Shown here: piece after piece, positions 54,249-62,935 of the stretch
How the letters are laid out: the number at the start of each line of letters is the position of its first letter
Numbering within the stretch: position 1 is the stretch's first letter
NCBI RefSeq assembly: GCF_056712565.1
Contig: NZ_CM160072.1
Length of the DNA stretch: 64,000 nt
Strand: one strand, 5' to 3'
Translations under genes and position numbers: made by a program
The notes under the pieces: generated by a model
Seen by the model: the letters and a program-made list of their open reading frames with translations, nothing else
Database searches by the model: none
Told to the model about the DNA's origin: nothing

Positions 54249-54656
54249 ATGGCAAAAAGAAAAAACAACGTTGTTAAGAAAATCGGGGATTCAGCTTCTC
54301 TTCTAAGTAAACCTAAATCTATTCTAAGACGTAAAGACTTTAAAGAGCTAGTTACGCTCACCAAGCATAATAGCGCCCCTGGCGAATGGAAAACAGAGAT
54401 CATAGAACATTCTCCCTCTGTGCCTTGTGGAGATGAATATATCGCATTACAAGAAATCTTATCTTCAACACCTGGCGTATTCTGGAAACCTAGAAAAAGA
54501 AAAGAGTATATTGTTGATAGCTCTGATTTACGCAAATACCAGATTTTAGGATTTGAAGACTATAACCACTACGTTGGTTATCTCGCCACCAATGGCCTAA
54601 ATAATTTAGTTCCTGAATTCCAAATTTTAGATAATGCTGATTATGGAGACTTTTAA
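54249..54656 (+). CDS. Hypothetical protein with basic N-terminus
   Basis: 135-aa ORF; weak RBS; same-strand operon context. Confidence 0.45.
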   Translation: MAKRKNNVVKKIGDSASLLSKPKSILRRKDFKELVTLTKHNSAPGEWKTEIIEHSPSVPCGDEYIALQEILSSTPGVFWKPRKRKEYIVDSSDLRKYQILGFEDYNHYVGYLATNGLNNLVPEFQILDNADYGDF

Positions 54657-54657
54657 T

Positions 54658-54993
54658 ATGAACAAAAACACGTATGACACAATTTACTCACTAATTAATT
54701 ATTATGAGGATGATTACCTCCTGCCTTTAAACCGTGCTGAACTTGATGCATATAAAGAAAATACGCCAGCGGCATTAAATGAGGCGTTTAAACACTGGGA
54801 TTTAGCCCTTTCTGCCTTGGAGCACCTTTTTAAAAGAATAGAGATGCTCTGTAAGCGTGAGAACGCATACCTGACAGCCGATCAGATATGGGAGTTATCA
54901 AACTGGATAGAAGATATTGAATCTGATGTTCGCTATGTGGGAGATGGCCTTATCGAACTCGCTCAACGCTTAGGCGCTATCACAGAAGAATAA
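54658..54993 (+). CDS. Hypothetical protein
   Basis: ORF-track frame 54634..54993; ATG 54658 is 1 nt after previous stop with GGAG ~9 nt upstream; start uncertain. Confidence 0.45.
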   Translation: MNKNTYDTIYSLINYYEDDYLLPLNRAELDAYKENTPAALNEAFKHWDLALSALEHLFKRIEMLCKRENAYLTADQIWELSNWIEDIESDVRYVGDGLIELAQRLGAITEE

Positions 54994-55338
54994 AAAAGCA
55001 ACAAAAAAGTTGTAAAATATCTTGACATTCCATCTATTGTATGTTAATATAATTATATGGGGTGATTATTTTTCCTTTATTGGTTCGATATTAAAAATTC
55101 TTCTTGTCGTTAAAGGGGAGTAAAATCTCCGCTCCCCGCTTCTCCTCCTTAAGTAAATACTGTGTCATTATTACCTCTTTCCTTTGTTATGCATACATCT
55201 TGGAGTATGCATAACATAGGGTAATTACATAGGTACAAGTTAATAAAAGGCGGCTTTAAATGCTGCCTTTTATTTTGCCCGTTATGCAACTTAAAAGTTG
55301 TATTTCTTACTTTAAACAAGGTAACAAGGTTTATATAA

Positions 55339-55551
55339 ATGTTGTTCTTAAACGATAAAGAGCAAATCATCAAATATAAAGATGAAATGCTGAAAATTAA
55401 TCCACAAATTACCGAAATGGTAGCTAAATACGCTGGGTGTTCTGTCGAGGAAGTAGAAAGATGTGTTGAAAAATATTTTTCTCCTTCTTCTCCGTCTACA
55501 CCTTCCCTTAATGAATTAATCAAATTAAAAGCTAAGGAGATTACTAAATGA
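55339..55551 (+). CDS. Hypothetical small protein (70 aa)
   Basis: ORF; stop overlaps next gene start (ATGA). Confidence 0.45.
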   Translation: MLFLNDKEQIIKYKDEMLKINPQITEMVAKYAGCSVEEVERCVEKYFSPSSPSTPSLNELIKLKAKEITK

Positions 55552-55910
55552 TTATTGATTTAGACGCTCTATTTCCAGTCAGAAAGACTTTCATAGATCT
55601 GGTAAGTTATTGTACTGATCCGTTTGCCTCTGTAGAAAACAAGGTTTTTGCTTCTCTTCCTGCTGATGTTGAATGCGGAGACTTGATCACCAGCACTGGC
55701 GCTAAATATGAATCAGGAGATGATATCTATGTTGTTATGAGTGAATTTGTAACGGCTGGAGACAACAAGCCTGTAGATGTTTTACGTAGCAATGCTGGGC
55801 TTGTATGCATCAAAGCTGATGCGCTGAATGCTGTAAGTGAAGCAGCAAAAACAGCATTAATTAAAAAAGGCTTTCAGCTTGAAGGGTTCCACTCTGTTTT
55901 CACTTCTTAA
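55548..55910 (+). CDS. Hypothetical protein (120 aa)
   Basis: AAGGAGA 7 nt upstream of ATG; ATGA-coupled to upstream ORF. Confidence 0.55.
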   Translation: MIIDLDALFPVRKTFIDLVSYCTDPFASVENKVFASLPADVECGDLITSTGAKYESGDDIYVVMSEFVTAGDNKPVDVLRSNAGLVCIKADALNAVSEAAKTALIKKGFQLEGFHSVFTS

Positions 55911-55928
55911 TAAAAGGAATAATAATAA

Positions 55929-56957
55929 ATGATTCTAGGTAATGATTACGTTGATTTAGCTCCGCTGTTCTCTGCGCATAGCACTAGAAACTATCTGCTT
56001 TCTACTCTGGATTTTACGGATTCTGTAGGGGTTACATCTCATAAAGTAGCTGTTTCCCAGCTTGTCGAAAGCAACGAATCTCTCTTTAACAAAGAGACAA
56101 GCCGTTTTAGTTCTGAACACAACGTCACTAAGCGAGAACAAGGTAAAGAATGGCTGATTCAAATCCCTTACTTCCTGCGTGAAGATGTGATTAGACCTTC
56201 TGATGTTCAAGGCAAACGTAAACCAGGTACTGATTTCCAGGAAACACTCACTGATATTTATGCTGACTATGTTGCTAAACACCACGTAGCGTATCAGCGT
56301 ACAAAAGAGAGCGTATTGGCTGCTTCTCTGTTTAGTGGTCGCACCTATACCCGGAAAACTGATGATGTTCTTATCGAGTGGGGCAAGCTGTTTAACGTAT
56401 CAGCTATGAAAGCCACTGTGAACGCTTCCAGCACTGACACCACGAAGATTTTTAAAGAATTTGATCAGATTGCTACTGACATTATCGAAAAAGCACAAAG
56501 CCAGGCGGCTGCTGTAGAGCGTATTGTTGTTTTCTGTAAGCCGGAAGCCTTCTCTGCAATTCGATTCTCTGCGGGTATGGCAAACGCATTCCAGTATGTA
56601 AGCCCACTGGAAGAGGGGAACGTTGTGTATCAGCGTCGTGACCTGCTGCCAGGAGTGACAGCGTTCACTATTCCTGGAACTAACATTGATGTTATTAAAC
56701 TGGTAGATCCGCTACATCTTGCACATATGACCGCAGACGCTGTAGCTGTGCCTAAATTCGCTAAAGGCTCTAACGTATATCAGAACATCTACGGGGCTGC
56801 TTCCAGCACCTTTGAACTGATCAATGCCGCTCCTGCTGAGGTTTACAGCTACAGCTACGAGTCTGCTCGTGGTGATGCTGTTAACGTTGTTACAGAGAAT
56901 AGCCAGATGGTTGTAAACCACGGTGTAGGCTTCTCCGTTCAAATCACTGTTAAATAA
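55929..56957 (+). CDS. Hypothetical 342-aa protein, candidate major structural (capsid/tail-like) protein
   Basis: AAAGGAA RBS; followed by a strong terminator; structural role is inference only. Confidence 0.55.
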   Translation: MILGNDYVDLAPLFSAHSTRNYLLSTLDFTDSVGVTSHKVAVSQLVESNESLFNKETSRFSSEHNVTKREQGKEWLIQIPYFLREDVIRPSDVQGKRKPGTDFQETLTDIYADYVAKHHVAYQRTKESVLAASLFSGRTYTRKTDDVLIEWGKLFNVSAMKATVNASSTDTTKIFKEFDQIATDIIEKAQSQAAAVERIVVFCKPEAFSAIRFSAGMANAFQYVSPLEEGNVVYQRRDLLPGVTAFTIPGTNIDVIKLVDPLHLAHMTADAVAVPKFAKGSNVYQNIYGAASSTFELINAAPAEVYSYSYESARGDAVNVVTENSQMVVNHGVGFSVQITVK

Positions 56958-56975
56958 TATTTTAACGTGTATTAG

Positions 56976-57010
56976 AGGCGTGGCGTGTATTCACGCTTCG
57001 CCTTTTTTTT
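56976..57010 (+). terminator. Strong Rho-independent terminator after the 342-aa gene
   Basis: aggcg-tg-gcgtg-tatt-cacgc-tt-cgcct nested hairpin followed by TTTTTTTT. Confidence 0.8.
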
Positions 57011-57044
57011 ATTTATTTTTTAAATTTTGAGAGGTGATTAAAAT

Positions 57045-57248
57045 ATGGAAGTGATTTTGAAATCAAAAAATGGTGTACACGTACATTTAGATGCTAATGA
57101 TTCAAGAGGCTTGTTAAATCTGAAATATCTATGTTCTCTCTTAGATGTTCCATATGAAGGAGTAAAAGCCCGTATGTTCAGACTAAACGAGAGTATTGAT
57201 CAGGCTCTACACCATTTCTTAAGCAAAGAAGGTGGTAAAAATGATTAA
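57045..57248 (+). CDS. Hypothetical small protein (67 aa)
   Basis: GAGAGGTGA RBS before ATG. Confidence 0.5.
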   Translation: MEVILKSKNGVHVHLDANDSRGLLNLKYLCSLLDVPYEGVKARMFRLNESIDQALHHFLSKEGGKND

Positions 57249-57262
57249 TAAGGGGATTTTAA

Positions 57263-59092
57263 ATGTTAGAAATTAACACTTCTAAAATTAAGAACACAGT
57301 AACATTTAGTGTAGATAAAGACAGCTTAAAAAAAGCGAAAGACTCTATTACAGGCTTAAGGGAATTCGTAGAGAATATCAAGCCAGCTAAATTAAGATTT
57401 GATACTGTCACTAAAGGCTATAAGAAAGCACAAAGTGAAGTAGACAAGATTGCTCAACAGAAAGCTAAAACCGAAAAACAGAATCAAAGAGCACAAGCTG
57501 CCGCAGCAAGAGCACAGGCAAGGCAACAGCAACAAATAGCAGCACGTAAAGAGAAAGCTGAATTAAAACTGTTAGACGTTGGATCAAGCATTAGTGCAAT
57601 GCACCGTCTCTCTGTAGCTGAACAATACAAAGCTATTGCACAGGCTAGAGAGATAGCAAAACAATATGAGCAAGGGGCTATCTCGCTTGCACGTATGAAC
57701 AGCCAAATGAAACGCCTACAACAGCAACAACGTAAGATTAATGGCCACAGAAAAACACAATTAGCCCCCGTTAAGGGAGGATCAGGGAATTCCGCCACTA
57801 TGGGCGCTCTGTTATTTGGAGGCGCTACGGCTGCTGCTGGCGTGATGGCTGTTAGTAAAACCTCTGAATTTATGGCTAATAGCTTTGCTAACGCAGACAC
57901 CCAAGGGGAGCTAATCCAACGTGCCAAGCTGGGCGGTGTAGACGTTAACCAGATGTATAATATTACAGAATGGGCGTATAGAAACGGCGTTGACTCTATG
58001 ATGGGTGATCAAGGGGCTAGGAAATACCTGGATCAGATGAAAGATGTTAGGGAACGTGCCGCAAAATCCTATAGTGAAGCTGAATTGGTGAAAGACAAGA
58101 AAACCGGAAAATCTGAATGGAAAGGCGGTGATAACGCTATTAATGAACTTCTAAACATCGGAGTTATTAACAAAAGCGACCTTAAAAAATTTGCTGATAA
58201 TCCGGCTGGATTAATTTCTAAGGCTGTTAATGGAATGATGAAAAAAGGGTTTTCAGACTCCCAAATTGGACAACGTTTAGAAGACCTGGGCGATGATTTG
58301 ATGCTTACGTCAAAATATTGGCAACGTTCCGTTAAAGATGTACAAGAAAGTATTAATCAGCAAAAAGCCTCTGGAAAATGGCTAACAGAAACACAGCAAG
58401 AATCTATTGTTAAATTCAGAGAACTAAACAGACAGCTTTCACAGCTTTCTGATGCAAGACAAGTAGCATTTGTAGACGGCTTTATGAAATCTCTCGATCC
58501 AAAAGTAACGGAAGAGTTTATGAAAAACCTTTCTAATCTCACTCCGTATTTTACGAAGCTGGGAGAAGCTACAGGAAGTCTCTTTGAAGCTATTATGAAG
58601 ATTGTAAACTGGTTTAATCGTAATGATGATAAGACAGATGCTATTCAGAAAAATATGGGTGATGCACCGCCTTTGAGTAATGAAGGAATGAAACAGAATC
58701 TTTCTAATCTCGTTCCTGATCAATATAAAGGCGCTGGCACTGCAACAACTACACCTGATAATAGTCATTCTCTCTTTAACACGATTAAGGGATTGCTTTT
58801 CGATGATAAGTCTTCTGTGTCAGATGTAAAAATGTCAGTCAGCGAAGCACCGATAACCAATCTCAAACAGGGTGCTTTAAATAATCTTGCAATGACAACT
58901 CCGGCTTATAATTTATCTCCTGTGTTTAATCTGAATCCTACATTTGAAGTGGTAACAGAGGTTCCTCTTACTATTAATTCTGACACATCAAGATTAAGCG
59001 ATTATGTGGATTTTACAGCAAGAGCAAGTCGGGATAGCTTCTTGAAATCATTAACATTAACCAGCTTATCAGGACAATCCAACGGCGGGTAA
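57263..59092 (+). CDS. Hypothetical 609-aa protein with Gln/Ala-rich coiled-coil N-terminus and glycine-zipper hydrophobic segment (tape-measure-like features)
   Basis: AAGGGGA RBS; N-terminal AQ/K-rich coiled coil, GGSGNSATMGALLFGGATAAAGVMAV segment; no Walker A; function inferred from composition only. Confidence 0.55.
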   Translation: MLEINTSKIKNTVTFSVDKDSLKKAKDSITGLREFVENIKPAKLRFDTVTKGYKKAQSEVDKIAQQKAKTEKQNQRAQAAAARAQARQQQQIAARKEKAELKLLDVGSSISAMHRLSVAEQYKAIAQAREIAKQYEQGAISLARMNSQMKRLQQQQRKINGHRKTQLAPVKGGSGNSATMGALLFGGATAAAGVMAVSKTSEFMANSFANADTQGELIQRAKLGGVDVNQMYNITEWAYRNGVDSMMGDQGARKYLDQMKDVRERAAKSYSEAELVKDKKTGKSEWKGGDNAINELLNIGVINKSDLKKFADNPAGLISKAVNGMMKKGFSDSQIGQRLEDLGDDLMLTSKYWQRSVKDVQESINQQKASGKWLTETQQESIVKFRELNRQLSQLSDARQVAFVDGFMKSLDPKVTEEFMKNLSNLTPYFTKLGEATGSLFEAIMKIVNWFNRNDDKTDAIQKNMGDAPPLSNEGMKQNLSNLVPDQYKGAGTATTTPDNSHSLFNTIKGLLFDDKSSVSDVKMSVSEAPITNLKQGALNNLAMTTPAYNLSPVFNLNPTFEVVTEVPLTINSDTSRLSDYVDFTARASRDSFLKSLTLTSLSGQSNGG

Positions 59093-59125
59093 TTCCCGCC
59101 ATAACATTACAAGGAAATTATTATT

Positions 59126-59839
59126 ATGGCGACCGCCGGGATTTTAACCATACGTGCAGCAAATACTCCAGAACAACACGTTCAGGCTGTTTACAAAGCA
59201 GAACAAGATATAAACTCTACAAAAAACGAAAATAGCAAAGCTAATAAAACAAAAGGAGAGAACGGATTTGCTATTGTTACCAGTGGGCTGGCATCTTCTG
59301 GCAATGACGTTTATGAAAATTATATGGCACTGGCCTTTGACAGTGTTGACGATGTGAACGTGAGACGTTCGGCAGATGTTACAAGCTACCCCGTAGAGAA
59401 TGGTGCTAATGTATCGGATCACGTTCAAGTGAAGAATAGTAAGTTTTCTCTTAAAGGAAGGATCACTGAAACACCGATTAAAAGCGATCCTGGCTTGTTA
59501 AAGAGTGCAGGGGTGAACGGGAACAGAAGATCATTAGCTATAGACTACTTGAATCAGATTATGGACAGTAGACAGCCTTTTCTTCTTGTTACAGAAAATA
59601 AAACTTTTGAGAACGTTGTTTTAACAGGCATCGAATACACAGAAGAGGCAAGCGAATCCCTGGTATTTGATCTTAGCTTTGAGCAAATAAGATTAGTGTC
59701 TTATGGCACAGTAAACACTGTAGCTATCAAAACACAGCCATCTAAGAACATCGGGGCTAATATGAAAAAACGTGTTAACACTGAAAAATCAAGTAGTGAA
59801 GGTGAAGACACTATTACTCCTGCCTTTAAACAGGAATAG
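59126..59839 (+). CDS. Hypothetical 237-aa protein
   Basis: AAGGAAA RBS; last gene of plus-strand operon. Confidence 0.5.
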   Translation: MATAGILTIRAANTPEQHVQAVYKAEQDINSTKNENSKANKTKGENGFAIVTSGLASSGNDVYENYMALAFDSVDDVNVRRSADVTSYPVENGANVSDHVQVKNSKFSLKGRITETPIKSDPGLLKSAGVNGNRRSLAIDYLNQIMDSRQPFLLVTENKTFENVVLTGIEYTEEASESLVFDLSFEQIRLVSYGTVNTVAIKTQPSKNIGANMKKRVNTEKSSSEGEDTITPAFKQE

Positions 59840-59880
59840 CCGTAAATGCCTCTAAAACGCTCTGTAACGATGTAATTATA

Positions 59881-59911
59881 AAAGAGGCTCAATCTATGTT
59901 GAAGCCTCTTT
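59881..59911. terminator. Bidirectional terminator hairpin between the plus-strand operon and convergent integrase
   Basis: aaagaggct...agcctcttt 9-bp stem, T-rich flanks on both strands. Confidence 0.65.
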
Positions 59912-59918
59912 ATTGCGT

Positions 59919-61196
59919 CTATGGCGTTGTTTTACGCCTTAAATTTGATTTTTTATTGATTGATAAGCCTTTCTCTATTTCAGGGTAGCGTAGAAGCTCA
60001 ATATATTTTTTAAGCTCTACTGGAGAAGCTGCATTCTTGCTATATGTGCGGAATGTCTCTGTATTGCCGCGTGTATGGCCCAGGAGAAGGGCGATCCTGT
60101 CTTCTGGAATTTGATTTCGATCAAGAAGCTGTGCTACTCCGTGTCTCAGAGAATGAAACACCTTCCTTTCTGTTCCCTTTTCCCCTAAAGCCTTTCGTTT
60201 AGCTCTTGTAAATCTCTGCGTGTGCCACGTGGAACGTTTACCATCAGCACGCTCTGTAATGCTGGCGTGATAGAACAAAAAGCCATTGTGAGGCTTTTCA
60301 CGCAGCGACAACACCAACGGAGTGATAAGGCTATGTACAGGCACAACACGTGCCGCAGCTTTCGTCTTTCCCTGTGTGATTTCAAAACACAGCACACCTT
60401 CGATCTCTTTCACATCGTCTATTGTGAGACTTGCTATCTCATTGATCCGCATACCTGTATAAGCACCGATAAGACACAAAGCCATCATTTCTTTGTTTTC
60501 TGCTGAATTACCGGAAAATACTTGCAACACCTGCAATAGCTCTTTGTTAGAAAATGCCTCGTAGCTCTCTCTACTTTGTGCCACATCAAGCCTATGCCCT
60601 CGCCAGGGGGAGAGCGCCCTTTCTGGCGCATCGTGGTAACGTGATGAAGCTAACTCCCATAGCTGGGCCATTGGGCTGATATAATTTGCAATTGATTGTT
60701 GTGAAAGGGTTTTTTGCATGTGTTCAATCCAGCCTGTAACAGTGGTGCGGCTCACATCTTGCAATGCAATATCAGGCTTTTTACGGTAGGAGAGAAACAT
60801 CTCTACCGCTTTTCTTGCCTTAGCTAAAGTGGCTGGCTTCTTCTTCGTGCTGTTAATTGTCAGGTAGATTTCAAGAATTTTAAGCAATGACGGACACGAA
60901 GACGCTGTATCTTGCATTCTGGTAGCTGTTTTGGCGTATTTAGCCTTACTGCGTAACAGCTCCAGCGTGTTCTCTATTGTGCTGTTTACAGGGGCGACAC
61001 TCTCCCGTAGACAATGGTACTCATCTGCAATCTGATCACGCTTTCTACGTGCAACACGAAGGTTACTTGTATGTAGACTCCTGACAAACGTCCTTTTTCC
61101 TTCAAAAAAGGGCTGCATATACACAGGCAGCGTGATCCGTAAATAGTAGTTACCGTAAGAATCACAGATTATGTATTGATTGGGCTTGTATCTCAT
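59919..61196 (-). CDS. int: Tyrosine recombinase / integrase
   Basis: ORF-track frame 59919..61253; ATG 61196 (MRYKPNQYI...) has GGGGAG upstream; C-terminal catalytic-type motifs (HSLRHGVAQLL, LLGHTRGNTETFRTYS); ends 87 bp from attR repeat. Confidence 0.8.
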   Translation of the reverse strand: MRYKPNQYIICDSYGNYYLRITLPVYMQPFFEGKRTFVRSLHTSNLRVARRKRDQIADEYHCLRESVAPVNSTIENTLELLRSKAKYAKTATRMQDTASSCPSLLKILEIYLTINSTKKKPATLAKARKAVEMFLSYRKKPDIALQDVSRTTVTGWIEHMQKTLSQQSIANYISPMAQLWELASSRYHDAPERALSPWRGHRLDVAQSRESYEAFSNKELLQVLQVFSGNSAENKEMMALCLIGAYTGMRINEIASLTIDDVKEIEGVLCFEITQGKTKAAARVVPVHSLITPLVLSLREKPHNGFLFYHASITERADGKRSTWHTQRFTRAKRKALGEKGTERKVFHSLRHGVAQLLDRNQIPEDRIALLLGHTRGNTETFRTYSKNAASPVELKKYIELLRYPEIEKGLSINKKSNLRRKTTP

Positions 61197-61339
61197 AAAC
61201 TCCCCGGCTAAAGTGTCGGAGCGTTTGTAATGTGAAAATTGATTGTAACGCATAGAAAATGATAATTTTTTCTATAAGATTCAATCAATTAGTAATGGTC
61301 GTAGGTGATGGCATTAACACGAGATTAATCGAGTGTTTT

Positions 61340-61358
61340 ACTCCTATTATCGGCACCA
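61340..61358. repeat. attR-type direct repeat, copy 2 of 2 (duplicate of tRNA-Thr 3' end)
   Basis: actcctattatcggcacca identical to 48595-48613. Confidence 0.85.
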
Positions 61359-61512
61359 TTCTAACGTCTCCCCAAGTCTACTCAAGTATTTAAAAACCTC
61401 TTATAATCAGTATATTAATGCCCCTTTTAGTCTTTTGACGTCTATTTAAGTACCCCAAACTCTACAAGCAATTGAGGGGATTTGCTGTTCAGTTTAGTGG
61501 AGATACCCCCAA

Positions 61513-61851
61513 GTGAAACTCAATGCCCGTCAAATAGACACTGCCAAGCCAAAAGAGAAGGCTTACAAGTTGGCTGATGGTGGTGGTCTGTACCTCCTGG
61601 TAAAACCTGGTGGAGGAGAATATTGGCGTCTCAAGTATCGTGTAGCTGGTAAAGAGAAGCTGTTAGCACTAGGTGTGTATCCTGAGGTCACCTTAGCTGA
61701 TGCTCCTGCAAAACTTGAAGAAGCTAAAAGAGGTATCTCTGGGGGAATCGATCTGATGGAAGTGAAGCGAGAGGAAAAGATTGCCCGGGAAACGCAGTTA
61801 AACAACACCTTCAAAGATATTGCCCTTGAGTGGCACAGTAACAAATTATAA
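61513..61851 (+). pseudogene. Truncated P4-type integrase (N-terminal arm-binding domain only, ~112 codons)
   Basis: (M)KLNARQIDTAKPKEKAYKLADGGGLYLLVKPGGGEYWRLKYRVAGKEKLLALGVYPEV... resembles P4-family integrase N-termini; stops after 112 codons into AT-rich sequence; GTG start. Confidence 0.6.
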
Positions 61852-62285
61852 TCACAATAATAGTGTATATAATTATACATTGTATGCTTGGTAATCATAT
61901 AATGATAAAAGCTTCCGATAATCAGTATGAGATTTGTCCTTAAACTCCTGGACATGCTTTTCTAAATCTTCCAATGGTATATGTCCATTTATACAAATAA
62001 AATTCTAGTGATAAATACCTTCAGGTATGATTAGACAACATCTTTATTCGATGGGGGTTAATCTATATTTGATATCTTTCTTTTAAATAACAACGCCATT
62101 AAAAACGCTTTGTTTAATGACGTTTTTTTATTGTTTCCTATATAAAGCCTAACCAGCATAAACATTGGTGGCTCTTATGCTCATTGTAATTAAATGAGAG
62201 TGTGATTAATGTCTTTATATATTCTGGTAGTTATTCTCTCCAGAAGAATACATTGTAAGAAGATGACTGTTAGTATGTTTTAACA

Positions 62286-62780
62286 TCAATTAACATTAAG
62301 GTTTGATAATAATTTTTTGTTGGCGAGTTCAAATGTTTTCATTTCATCATCTGATAGCCCGCTCCAGATTTTCTTTAGCATTACATTTTGAGTGTTTATT
62401 AGTTTTTGAGCAAGTGTAACTCCGTCAGGGGTTAAGCAAATACTTTTGCTTCGACGATCGTTTTTATTATTAATTCTTTTGGCAATATTCTTTTTTTCTA
62501 ATTTGTCTATGATGTGTGTGATGTTTGTTTTGGAGAATTGTAACTCCTTGTAAATATCAGAAGGGGACTGACAATAATCATCAGACATATATAATGAAAC
62601 TAACACCATAAATGTTGAAGTGTTTATTCTATACTCGCTCAATTCATTTTCTATAATACTCTGGATTTTGTCATTTACTCTAATATATAAGTGTATTAAC
62701 AGACTCTCCTGAGCCGGGTATGCCGGATTTTTGATTTTTTTGTAGTTTGTTATAGTTTTTAATAAATCTATATTATTCAT
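62286..62780 (-). CDS. MarR-family (PapX/SlyA-like) transcriptional regulator
   Basis: ORF-track frame 62286..62810; ATG 62780 (MNNIDLL...) has GGTGG upstream; winged-helix region (DRRSKSICLTPDGV); AT-rich. Confidence 0.55.
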   Translation of the reverse strand: MNNIDLLKTITNYKKIKNPAYPAQESLLIHLYIRVNDKIQSIIENELSEYRINTSTFMVLVSLYMSDDYCQSPSDIYKELQFSKTNITHIIDKLEKKNIAKRINNKNDRRSKSICLTPDGVTLAQKLINTQNVMLKKIWSGLSDDEMKTFELANKKLLSNLNVN

Positions 62781-62935
62781 AATTCCACCACACGGCAAAA
62801 GAAAACTCATGAAGATTACTCAACCTGAGTGTTACATGAAGTATCGTGAACGCCGGAAAATCTAAGTTCCAGCCTGTACCGTAATCAGATAATCGCAGCA
62901 AAGGGACAAAGCAATAGTCCCTTTGCTGCACAGCA

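Noticed and set aside
57484..57927. 147-aa minus-strand ORF
   Set aside because: Antisense to the coiled-coil region of the 609-aa gene; Cys/Ala-rich low-complexity artefact.
59919..61253. Integrase start at 61253 (MRYNQFSHYK...)
   Set aside because: No RBS upstream; internal ATG at 61196 has GGGGAG upstream. The longer start cannot be excluded.
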